Below are positions 9,341 through 17,653 of a DNA stretch of 64,000 bases, one piece after another; position 1 is the first letter of the stretch, and every line of letters starts with the position of its first letter. Below the pieces are notes generated by a model that was not told the DNA's origin, searched no databases, and worked only from the letters and a program-made list of their open reading frames with translations. A program made the position numbers and the translations under genes. The stretch is from a virus (taxonomy: Duplodnaviria; Caudoviricetes), in the IMG/VR virus record IMGVR_UViG_3300020349_000003. One strand, 5' to 3'.

Positions 9341-9898
9341 CTACCTCTTAACTTGACTTCCCTTATTCCTTATTTCAAATACAGTATAGTTGAAAGTCGC
9401 TGTAGCAGTAAGGAACTCGTTATCAGTTCCTGTAACATCGAAAGCTACAGTAGACAATGATACTGGCCAAAGACTTTGAAATACCACATCAAAGTTTACT
9501 ATATTATTATTGTTTAAAATCTGCAACGTTGCATCAGACCACTTAGCATCATCAGTTTGAGATCTATCATCCATCCTATACTGTTCATTCCATCTCTTCC
9601 TATCAATAAAATCAGACGGTGTTCCTAATGCTCTTATCCAATTATGAATCTCCATATAGTTTCTAAGGTCTTCATCAACAATAAAATCTAGAGTCAATTG
9701 ACCGTACTCAATATTTCCATTCATAGGAATGTCAGCATATCCAGCAGTAGGGATATTAACTTGTCCTAAAGAAATTTCTGGTATTGATGCCCTTTGGCAT
9801 AGGAAAGAAACCTTCTTTGCTTTATCCAATACGAATATGAATCCTATTGGTGATAGAAAGTTCTTATTTGTTAATTGATCTTTATACCAGTTTGCCAT
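9341..9898 (-). CDS. g3: Tail completion / tube terminator gp3
   Basis: NFLSPIGF, F.VDEDLRNY.EIHNW and SDATLQIL; late promoter upstream. Confidence 0.9.
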   Translation of the reverse strand: MANWYKDQLTNKNFLSPIGFIFVLDKAKKVSFLCQRASIPEISLGQVNIPTAGYADIPMNGNIEYGQLTLDFIVDEDLRNYMEIHNWIRALGTPSDFIDRKRWNEQYRMDDRSQTDDAKWSDATLQILNNNNIVNFDVVFQSLWPVSLSTVAFDVTGTDNEFLTATATFNYTVFEIRNKGSQVKR

Positions 9899-9918
9899 TA
9901 TAGCAGTACTATTTTAAT

Positions 9919-9926
9919 TATTTATA
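9919..9926 (-). promoter_or_regulatory. T4-type late promoter TATAAATA (g3)
   Basis: Exact TATAAATA 20 nt upstream of the g3 ATG. Confidence 0.8.
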
Positions 9927-10305
9927 CCCACCGATTAACAACTAATTCAACAGCATTACTTGAATTAACTATCTGACTCTCCACTTCAAATCCTTCAGAC
10001 TTAGCAACACTGGTAAGTAATTGTATACAATACAACTGTGTTATCTTTTCAAGAAATCTTTCTATTGGTATTTGATGAGACCAAGTTTGTCTATCGGTTA
10101 TCAACTCATAGCATTGAGTTTGTTTGTTCCATATAAAACCAATATCATCACCTACTGTAACTTCACACATTACTTTCTCGTGGTTGTGTCCTATAGGATT
10201 TACTAACTCCCTATTAATATCAACTGGCCAATCATCAAACATCAATGCCTGTATTAATGCTGGTTTGTTTGTGATCTTCGTTTTTATTTTGCTGAAGTGT
10301 GACAT
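9922..10305 (-). CDS. ycf35: DUF1257 / Ycf35-like protein
   Basis: MSHFSKIKTKI, DIGFIWN..YELITD..TW and L.V.RW. Confidence 0.8.
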   Translation of the reverse strand: MSHFSKIKTKITNKPALIQALMFDDWPVDINRELVNPIGHNHEKVMCEVTVGDDIGFIWNKQTQCYELITDRQTWSHQIPIERFLEKITQLYCIQLLTSVAKSEGFEVESQIVNSSNAVELVVNRWV

Positions 10306-10471
10306 TGTAGTATTCTGGTTTGTATTCTCTAGAGATAACGTTAACGTTATTTAGAGCCTTCTCAAATGGTAGTGTAACATCTAAACACTGATTTGATTCA
10401 ACTCCCTGTACCTCTTCTATAACTGTCCCATCCTGTTGGATGATAAATTTAATTTTTTGTTGCTTAGGCAT
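10235..10471 (-). CDS. DUF2997 family protein
   Basis: IKFIIQQDGTVIEEVQGV....C..VT..FE.AL...YKPEYY; start set at ATG 10471 after a GGAG SD. Confidence 0.75.
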   Translation of the reverse strand: MPKQQKIKFIIQQDGTVIEEVQGVESNQCLDVTLPFEKALNNVNVISREYKPEYYNVTLQQNKNEDHKQTSINTGIDV

Positions 10472-11450
10472 ATACTTCTCCAATCTCCCAACAGTTGATA
10501 CCATCATCTCTAATTATATCCATAGCATACTCTACACGATTGGCAGGTAACACTACACAATATCCTATACCGAGATTGAATACTCTTTTCATTTCATCCA
10601 TATCTATATTACCTTGACGTTGAATCTCTAAGAAAATATCTGGTACTGTCCAAGAATTCCAATCAATATTTACTTTCAATCCTTTAGGTAAACAACGTGG
10701 TAAGTTTTCTGGAATACCACCTCCTGTGATATGAGACATACCATAAATGTCTATCCCATCTTTTAATAAATTTTTCACAACAGGTGCATATATTGTAGTT
10801 GGTGTAAGTAACTCAGGATGATTACAATAATTTAACTTAAGTCTACGTGCCAAGTAATTGACAATACTATATCCATTACTATGAAGACCACTACTTGCTA
10901 GTCCAATTACTCTATCACTTGGTTTAATACTCTTACCATCTATAATGTCTTTCTGCTCTACTATACCAGTACAGAAACCAGCAAGGTCAATCTTCATCTG
11001 ATACTGAGGATGTTCAGCAGTTTCTCCACCTAAGAGATTCATTTCCGCAATCTCACATCCCTTAAGGATGCCCACCATAATATCAGCAATATTACTATTC
11101 AACTTCTGAGTAGAAATATAATCTAAAAAGTATAATGGTTTAGCACCACATGTAATTATATCATTGACACACATAGCAACAAGATCTATACCTATGGTAG
11201 TATAGTCATTAGCAGCTTGTGCAATATCAATCTTAGTTCCTACACCATCAGTTCCAGAAACCAAAACAGGTTCCTCATATCCTACAGGAACCTTAAACAT
11301 ACCACCAAACCCACCAAGGGCTGGAACTTTTTGTTTTAGATCTTCTACAAATTTATTACCAGCATCTATATCAACACCAGCAGTTTTATAATCTAATACG
11401 ATTCCCTCTTCTTTAAAGTCAAGAGGATCATCCCAATTTTTATCAGTCAT
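10464..11450 (-). CDS. purM: Phosphoribosylaminoimidazole (AIR) synthetase (AMG)
   Basis: YKTAGVDI, GTDGVGTK, AMCVND, GGETAE, SSGLHSNGYS, HITGGG and FNLGIG. Confidence 0.97.
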   Translation of the reverse strand: MTDKNWDDPLDFKEEGIVLDYKTAGVDIDAGNKFVEDLKQKVPALGGFGGMFKVPVGYEEPVLVSGTDGVGTKIDIAQAANDYTTIGIDLVAMCVNDIITCGAKPLYFLDYISTQKLNSNIADIMVGILKGCEIAEMNLLGGETAEHPQYQMKIDLAGFCTGIVEQKDIIDGKSIKPSDRVIGLASSGLHSNGYSIVNYLARRLKLNYCNHPELLTPTTIYAPVVKNLLKDGIDIYGMSHITGGGIPENLPRCLPKGLKVNIDWNSWTVPDIFLEIQRQGNIDMDEMKRVFNLGIGYCVVLPANRVEYAMDIIRDDGINCWEIGEVYA

Positions 11451-11456
11451 AATGAA

Positions 11457-11639
11457 TTAAGAATGTATGCTACACACAACACAATCAGGACATTCGTATT
11501 CCTGTTCATAGTTATGCAACTTATCTATTATTCTATCATACTCTAGTGCTTTTGTCCCAGTCGCATATGATCTATAATATTCACATGCCAATAGAATGCG
11601 GTTTATTTCCTTTTCATTAAATTGCATCAGTCTACTCAT
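11457..11639 (-). CDS. Small hypothetical protein with C-terminal CxxCxxC
   Basis: MSRLMQFNEKE...YECPDCVVCSIHS. Shortened from the track ORF because that ORF crosses g23 and its terminator. Confidence 0.6.
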   Translation of the reverse strand: MSRLMQFNEKEINRILLACEYYRSYATGTKALEYDRIIDKLHNYEQEYECPDCVVCSIHS

Positions 11640-11659
11640 AGCACTAAGTATATATGCAT

Positions 11660-11688
11660 AAAAAAAGAGACCCATATAGGGTCTCTTT
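11660..11688 (-). terminator. Rho-independent terminator after g23
   Basis: Stem AAAGAGACCC/GGGTCTCTTT with a 5-nt loop, running into a U-tract on the minus strand. Confidence 0.9.
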
Positions 11689-11715
11689 GATCCATCTCGA
11701 ACCGAGATATTTATA

Positions 11716-13113
11716 TCACATGAGGTTTGCAACCTGTACACGTCTGTAGTACTTGTTGCTATTTGCTGTAAGAGCACCAGAACCTTGTGTAAGACCTTGT
11801 GAGAATGGGTTTGAAACCATGCCGTAACGAGTCTTAAATCCAATTTTTGGTTGGAAGGTGTTAGGATTTATTGCTCTGACCTGCTGTAGAGGTACATATG
11901 GGCAATAGAATAATCCAGCATCATAAGGAGATGTTCCTTTGTATCCAGCAACGTAGAAGTGCTTATCACTTACGTTAGCAGAATAAGGGTCAACGTAAAC
12001 CTTAATGCGTCCGTTAAGAGTACCAACTAGAGTACTTCCAGTGTCATCAACACCAGTAAGAGCATTGTTACCGTTAAGAGCAGGTGTGTAATCTAGAACA
12101 CCAGCCATTCCAAGAGCAGAAGCCACATCAGCAGAACAGATGAGGATGTTACCCTTCCCACGACGAGTTTGCTGACCGATAGCGTTAGCATCTCTTTCTA
12201 TCTGGAAAAGAAGTCCTTTGAATTTCTCAACTGACCATCTACCATTTGAGTCAACGTCAAGGTCAAATATACCAGCATCAGCAGTATTGTTCTGAGCACC
12301 TTCTACTGCGTTAACGTAGACTGTACGAACAACTTCTCTGTTGATTTCAGCAAGTATCTCTGTTGAGAGAATATTTGATAACTCTTGCTCGGCATCAAGA
12401 CCATGAATCGCTTTCAAGTCTTGAGCAAGCTCGATACTGTACTCAGCTTTTAAAGCACGAGACTTCGCAGTCACCGTAACTTTCTCTATGCTGAATCCCA
12501 TCTCTCTGAAAGCAGTAGCAGCAGATGCGTCATCTAATGCTTCAGCAGTCGTTGTTGCCATTCCTTGAGCATCACCTGTTAACTCGTAAGTTCCTGGTGA
12601 AGAATCGTTTAGAACGGATGGGTTGTTACCTTGAGCGTCGTTAGTTGCATCAGAAGCACTAGGATCATAGTCAGCAAGACGATTACCTGGGCCACCTGAG
12701 AAACCAGCGTTGGGCTCATTGAAGAATGCTTCTCTGTATGCTGCATCCGTAGCATCTCTTTCTGTACCGTAGTTGGTTCTCATCGCAAAGATAAGTCCTG
12801 TTGGACCTGTCATTGGTTGAACACCAGCAATGTCATAAGCAATTAGCTTAGGCATTGAACGACGGATAAGGCTGATTAGAACGGGGTCGAAACCAGCAAC
12901 TGGACCTGTGGCGGTACTACTAGCACCATATCCACCTGTACCTACAGTTTGAAGAGTTTCGTTAAGAACGTTTCCTTCTTCAATCTGTGCTTTTTCTTGG
13001 TTCTCAAGAAGTTGGGCTACAACGCCTTTCTTATATGCATCCTCGATCTCTGGAAGAGCATCGTGATTAAGAACAGGGGCCCACTTTTCTTGGAGTTGTT
13101 TAATGTTAGACAT
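11716..13113 (-). CDS. g23: Major capsid protein gp23
   Basis: LQEKWAPVL, GVQPMTGPTGLIFAMR, QDLKAIHGLDAE and FQPKIGFKTRYG; start set at ATG 13113. Confidence 0.99.
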   Translation of the reverse strand: MSNIKQLQEKWAPVLNHDALPEIEDAYKKGVVAQLLENQEKAQIEEGNVLNETLQTVGTGGYGASSTATGPVAGFDPVLISLIRRSMPKLIAYDIAGVQPMTGPTGLIFAMRTNYGTERDATDAAYREAFFNEPNAGFSGGPGNRLADYDPSASDATNDAQGNNPSVLNDSSPGTYELTGDAQGMATTTAEALDDASAATAFREMGFSIEKVTVTAKSRALKAEYSIELAQDLKAIHGLDAEQELSNILSTEILAEINREVVRTVYVNAVEGAQNNTADAGIFDLDVDSNGRWSVEKFKGLLFQIERDANAIGQQTRRGKGNILICSADVASALGMAGVLDYTPALNGNNALTGVDDTGSTLVGTLNGRIKVYVDPYSANVSDKHFYVAGYKGTSPYDAGLFYCPYVPLQQVRAINPNTFQPKIGFKTRYGMVSNPFSQGLTQGSGALTANSNKYYRRVQVANLM

Positions 13114-13141
13114 TAGTTTGTGTTTTCCTTTAAGTGTATAA

Positions 13142-14227
13142 TTATTTTGACCAACGAGAAATTGCATCGACGTATTTACCCATCGTGCCAGTTTCGTTGT
13201 TTTCTACCAAAGGTGCAGATGCTTCTTCGGTGGGTTCAGTTGTTTCAGTAACAACCTCAGCCTTCCTAGTGAAGTATGATTCCTTGATAGTTTCGACTTT
13301 CTTACGGAAGTCTTCTTCAGTTTCAAACTCAACCCCTTCAGCCAATGAAACAAGCTTTTCCTTTTGGGTTTCAGCAAGTCCAGTAGCACATTCGGTCACA
13401 ATTTCCATCTTAACAAAATCTCCAATCCTCTTATTCAATGAGACATTAGAGTCGATCTGTTCGTTGAGCTTTTTCTCCATATCATTTAGCTCTTCAGCCA
13501 TGCCGTCAAGCAGGTTGAATTTTTCTTCGGGTACAGTAAAGTTCTGTTCCACGAATAACTTTTTGAGCCCATTGAAGAATGATTCTGCCATCTCCGTCTT
13601 GATACCATGCTCAACAGCGAGGGAATTTTCCTCGAGCCACTGTTTTGCAGCATAAGAGATGTAGTCATCAACCTTCTCGGCCAATTCTGTTTTAACCTTT
13701 TCGACTTCTTCAGTCAGCGTAGATTCAAACGCTTCTTGCAACGCTTTAACTTCCTCGTTAACCTTTTGTGTTACAACTGCTTCAAAGAGTGTCTTCGCTT
13801 TTTCTTGGAACTCTTCGCTTAGTTCTTCACCAGCGACAAGAGCGTTAACATCTTCAGTAAAGTCGTACTTGGTTTCAGGGGTTTCTTCTTGGATGGTTTC
13901 TTCGCCATCTTTTACCTCCACGTCATCAAAGATCTTACCAGATAATGCGGCACCTACGTTACCAGTACCTGCGTCAGAAGATTTAGTCTTAATTGACTTG
14001 TCTCCTTCTTTTGCTGTAGAACCAGCGGCTGAAGCACCAAGGTTCTTAGTACCTTTAGCACCTTCTTCTGATTTACTATCGGTTCCCCCAATAGCATTAA
14101 AATTTCCACCAGATGTATCTATCTTTTCACCAGGCTTTGCACCTTGTTTGATAGCGGCAGAACCAGTAGCTGCGTCTTCGCTCACTTGCTCCATATTATC
14201 TAGCTCTTTAGTAGAGGTCTCAGACAT
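13142..14227 (-). CDS. g22: Prohead core scaffold gp22
   Basis: Acidic coiled coil, LSEEF..KA.TLFEA and W..EN.LAVE.G; lies between g21 and g23. Confidence 0.95.
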   Translation of the reverse strand: MSETSTKELDNMEQVSEDAATGSAAIKQGAKPGEKIDTSGGNFNAIGGTDSKSEEGAKGTKNLGASAAGSTAKEGDKSIKTKSSDAGTGNVGAALSGKIFDDVEVKDGEETIQEETPETKYDFTEDVNALVAGEELSEEFQEKAKTLFEAVVTQKVNEEVKALQEAFESTLTEEVEKVKTELAEKVDDYISYAAKQWLEENSLAVEHGIKTEMAESFFNGLKKLFVEQNFTVPEEKFNLLDGMAEELNDMEKKLNEQIDSNVSLNKRIGDFVKMEIVTECATGLAETQKEKLVSLAEGVEFETEEDFRKKVETIKESYFTRKAEVVTETTEPTEEASAPLVENNETGTMGKYVDAISRWSK

Positions 14228-14265
14228 TTGTTTAAACTCCGATTAGATCTTGCGTTGTCTTTATT

Positions 14266-14273
14266 TATTTATA
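14266..14273 (-). promoter_or_regulatory. Late promoter TATAAATA (g22-g23)
   Basis: Exact motif in the g21-g22 gap. Confidence 0.85.
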
Positions 14274-14275
14274 AA

Positions 14276-14920
14276 TCACAAACTCTTTAGAAACTTACTG
14301 AATGCGGAAACCTTCCGTTCTTGTATGTTTATAAGTGTTGCTTGATCAATTTCTTGCTTTATTTGAACAATAGCAGACTCTTTAAGTAATCCATTATCCC
14401 AAACCCATTCTTTTCCTTCCATAATTCCATCAACAAAAGCATCTGGTGCTGATGGATCTGCTACTATATCAGCAGCAGTAGCAAGCATGAAATCATCTTG
14501 CACTACGTTACATCCCTCCTCTTGTCGAAGAGAACCCATACCACGACTGGAAACACCGAGACTCACACCTTCATCAAGGAGTGACTTTGCAATGTTACCC
14601 ATAGGGGTATCTAGAATCTTTGCACGTCCAATAAAATTATTACCTTCTGCTCTAAGAGATTCTATCTTATGAGAAACTTTATCCAAATTGATGGAAGGTC
14701 CATCTGGATGTCCTAACTCACCAAGAGCACGACCCTTACGGATGTGTCCCTCATCATATTTAGCAACTTCACGTTCAAGTGTTTTAAATGGATACTTACG
14801 TCCATTCTTATTTGCTATCTCAGCCTGAAGAAAGACACCCTCAATAAAGTGTGACTTCTTCCCATTCTTTTCTTCGGATAGAAAGTTAACTTCGGTTATT
14901 TCTTCAGCTATCAGTCTCAT
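14276..14920 (-). CDS. g21: Prohead protease gp21
   Basis: IEGVFLQA, ALGELGHP, GVSSRGMGS and DIVADPSAPDAFV. Confidence 0.97.
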   Translation of the reverse strand: MRLIAEEITEVNFLSEEKNGKKSHFIEGVFLQAEIANKNGRKYPFKTLEREVAKYDEGHIRKGRALGELGHPDGPSINLDKVSHKIESLRAEGNNFIGRAKILDTPMGNIAKSLLDEGVSLGVSSRGMGSLRQEEGCNVVQDDFMLATAADIVADPSAPDAFVDGIMEGKEWVWDNGLLKESAIVQIKQEIDQATLINIQERKVSAFSKFLKSL

Positions 14921-15233
14921 TTTTAGGTTCCTCTACAGGTTGTTCTTCGGTGGTTTCTGCACTTGCCTCTACTTCTTGTTGAGCTATCTCACCAGCAGTA
15001 GGTGCAAGTTCTGGTGGTTCTTGACCATCAAAAGTTTTATCGGCAATTTCATCAGCAGATGCTTGTCCAGTTTCATCTGGATTAAACCCCCACTCTTTTG
15101 CAAACTCTTTCTTCTTTACTTCAATTGCATCATACGCTGCTGCACTTAAAGCATCGTTAGTTGCATCAATAGCTTTCGATTTCTCGTCGCTAAAGATGTG
15201 ATTTACTATTGTGTTTGCGATTTCACTAGGCAT
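14904..15233 (-). CDS. Acidic prohead core protein (gp67/gp68-like position)
   Basis: Acidic ~109-aa protein between g20 and g21, with AATAAATA upstream at 15254-15261. Confidence 0.7.
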   Translation of the reverse strand: MPSEIANTIVNHIFSDEKSKAIDATNDALSAAAYDAIEVKKKEFAKEWGFNPDETGQASADEIADKTFDGQEPPELAPTAGEIAQQEVEASAETTEEQPVEEPKNETDS

Positions 15234-15259
15234 AATAATTCCCACGTTATTGTTATTTA

Positions 15260-16894
15260 TTAAAATTCAGCTCTCTTCGAGTCACCCGAAGAAATACTAG
15301 ACTTTGGGTCCGCTGTCGAACCTCCATTTGCACCATTTTCAGGAGGTAATGCGGTACCATCTGTCATAGGATCTTCTCCTATACCCATCTCAATTGCTTG
15401 CATGGCCATAGGATCCATAATAGTTCCTTCTTCAATCTCCTTCTTAATCTGTTTGTCAATCTCAATGATTTCTGTATCAGTTTGTTTAAGAACTTGACGA
15501 CGTATATACTCAGCAGAGAAGTACTTACCAACATAAGGATCCATTTGAGCAACTTCGTTGAGTCTCTCATTACGGATTTCAATTTCCTTAAGCTCAGTGA
15601 AGTAGTTGTCAGCGATATAATCAAACTGAACATGCTCCTTCATGTCTTCCCAATCTTCAAGAGTAACAATACCCTTAAGGACTAGTTGAGTTTTCAAAAG
15701 ATCTGTGAACAATTCAGAGAATCTCTTACGCAATCTTGCGACAAACTTCTGGAACTTAACCTCATCTCTTGTGATTTCAGCAGCACGACCTATGTTAAAG
15801 GTAGTCTCTGTTTCCAATCTTGAGTTAGGAACGTTGAGAGATTTGTATAATTTCTTTTGGAAGTACTTAACGTCTTCTAGTTCTCCAAGGTTCTGACCAC
15901 CAGGTAATGTAGTAATCTCAGTTCCTCTTCCACCTTCTCTTCTAGGTAACCAGAAGTCTTCCAACATGGACATGAACTTCTTGTCATCCTTTATCTCACC
16001 AGTGTTTGCATCGTATACAAGTTTGTTTCTGTAACGACCCATTACTTCACGTAAGTATTGTTCCGCTTTATTCTTAGGAAGGTTACCTACATCAATATAA
16101 AAAATTCTTCTTTCTGGTGCTCTTGATAATCTGTAGATAACAAGAGAGTCTTCAATCATTCTAAGTTGATTGACTGCTTTAATCGCCTTATGCAGGTGAC
16201 TAAGAGTCATGTTCTTATTCAAGTCTTGAATACCAGAGTGACAATATGTCACAGAATCAGGAGCAATCTTCATACCCTGATTGGTACTATTCTTTAATCC
16301 TTTTGGATTGTATAAGAAATATGATGCAGCCCTCTGTGTTAATTGGGCATTAAGATCCATACCTCTTAATTCACCTGGTTTCTTTTCCTCATACTCAGTT
16401 ACTTTACGAATCTTACGAGGGTCAATGTATCTAAGGTCTATCAATCCACCTTTAGGATTTTTAGTATCAATTACCTTATGATAAAAAAGTCTCCCATCAA
16501 CATACCATCGACGGAAGATCTCGTATGACCTGTTTTCAAAATCAAGAAGACGGAGAATTTCATCAAACTCTTCACGTATTAACTTCTTAATTTTTTCAGA
16601 TACTTTTAAATTTGATAATTCTACGGTAACTGGAACATCATCAAAGTTACCACATATAGTCTCATTAACTACATCATCTACTGCACTATCACATTCTGGT
16701 TGTAAAACCATCTCTCTATAACGAGTGATGAGCTCATAATCATTACGAACAGTGCCGTCAATATCAATAGAATAGCCAAAGTATCCACCACCCGAAACAG
16801 GTTGTGAACCATCTAAACTATCCTTCTGAACAAAAGAAGGCCCCTTTGGAACCTTCTTTGCTCTCTCTAAACTAAATCCAAAGAGCTGCGACAT
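15260..16894 (-). CDS. g20: Portal protein gp20
   Basis: FRRWYVDGR, RAPERRIFYIDVGNLP and EDFWLPRREGGRGTEI. Confidence 0.99.
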   Translation of the reverse strand: MSQLFGFSLERAKKVPKGPSFVQKDSLDGSQPVSGGGYFGYSIDIDGTVRNDYELITRYREMVLQPECDSAVDDVVNETICGNFDDVPVTVELSNLKVSEKIKKLIREEFDEILRLLDFENRSYEIFRRWYVDGRLFYHKVIDTKNPKGGLIDLRYIDPRKIRKVTEYEEKKPGELRGMDLNAQLTQRAASYFLYNPKGLKNSTNQGMKIAPDSVTYCHSGIQDLNKNMTLSHLHKAIKAVNQLRMIEDSLVIYRLSRAPERRIFYIDVGNLPKNKAEQYLREVMGRYRNKLVYDANTGEIKDDKKFMSMLEDFWLPRREGGRGTEITTLPGGQNLGELEDVKYFQKKLYKSLNVPNSRLETETTFNIGRAAEITRDEVKFQKFVARLRKRFSELFTDLLKTQLVLKGIVTLEDWEDMKEHVQFDYIADNYFTELKEIEIRNERLNEVAQMDPYVGKYFSAEYIRRQVLKQTDTEIIEIDKQIKKEIEEGTIMDPMAMQAIEMGIGEDPMTDGTALPPENGANGGSTADPKSSISSGDSKRAEF

Positions 16895-16919
16895 TACTAA
16901 AAACTTATTGTTCCTACCT

Positions 16920-16926
16920 TATTTAG
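16920..16926 (-). promoter_or_regulatory. Late promoter variant CTAAATA (g20)
   Basis: Motif in the g19-g20 gap, inside a CTACCT/AGGTAG inverted repeat. Confidence 0.6.
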
Positions 16927-16938
16927 GTAGTTTGTGAA

Positions 16939-17535
16939 CTAGGAGTTTTTAACAATTGGAGTCCAGTACTGAGTCTGGAGTTCAACTGTAAACTCTTCAA
17001 CCGCATCATTGTTACCGAAGTCTAGGTCTATTGCAGCAATAGAACTTGGGAATACGTTGTAGAACTTATAAGATTTAAGAATGTTTGGATTGTCATCAGT
17101 CTTGATATCACGTGATAACTGGTGAACTTCCATGTCAGCGAAGTATCCAACTGCATCATCAGTATCATTAAGAGCATTACCTGACTCAGTGGTCGAAGTA
17201 TAGTTCTCGTTATATGCTTGTATTGCTGCTGCCCATGTTTCAAATGCTGTTCTTAGTAAGAACTTACTATCATTCTGAATAGTAATTGTCCAAGGTTCAA
17301 AGGTTCTGTCTCCAGCGATCTTTAGAACACGTCCTCTAAAAGGTACTTCAATAACACCGATTTGTGATGCTGGTAGGTTTGCTGCACGAATTGTAAAAGC
17401 TCCTAGCTTTGCTAGTTCTGCTGAACCTGTTATTATCCCTGTCGGGAATGCCAAGTCAACTTGGAATAGATTAGGTCTTGCGAAATCCGATGTAACAGCC
17501 GCCTTAAAACTGTCAAGTGATCCTCTGCTTGCCAT
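16939..17535 (-). CDS. g19: Tail tube protein gp19
   Basis: ARPNLFQV, PFRGRVLKIAGDRTFEPWTIT and EEFTVEL; CTAAATA upstream at 17577-17583. Confidence 0.97.
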   Translation of the reverse strand: MASRGSLDSFKAAVTSDFARPNLFQVDLAFPTGIITGSAELAKLGAFTIRAANLPASQIGVIEVPFRGRVLKIAGDRTFEPWTITIQNDSKFLLRTAFETWAAAIQAYNENYTSTTESGNALNDTDDAVGYFADMEVHQLSRDIKTDDNPNILKSYKFYNVFPSSIAAIDLDFGNNDAVEEFTVELQTQYWTPIVKNS

Positions 17536-17605
17536 GATAGTAAAATTCCTTGGTGGTTATTAAATCCTGTCCCTTATATTTAGTATAATGAATATTTTTA
17601 GACAT

Positions 17606-17633
17606 AAAAATAGCGGAGATAACTCCGCTATTT
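17606..17633 (-). terminator. Rho-independent terminator after g18
   Basis: Stem AAATAGCGGAG/CTCCGCTATTT with a 4-nt loop and a U-tract on the minus strand. Confidence 0.85.
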
Positions 17634-17653
17634 AAAATATATTTAACTGTTAT

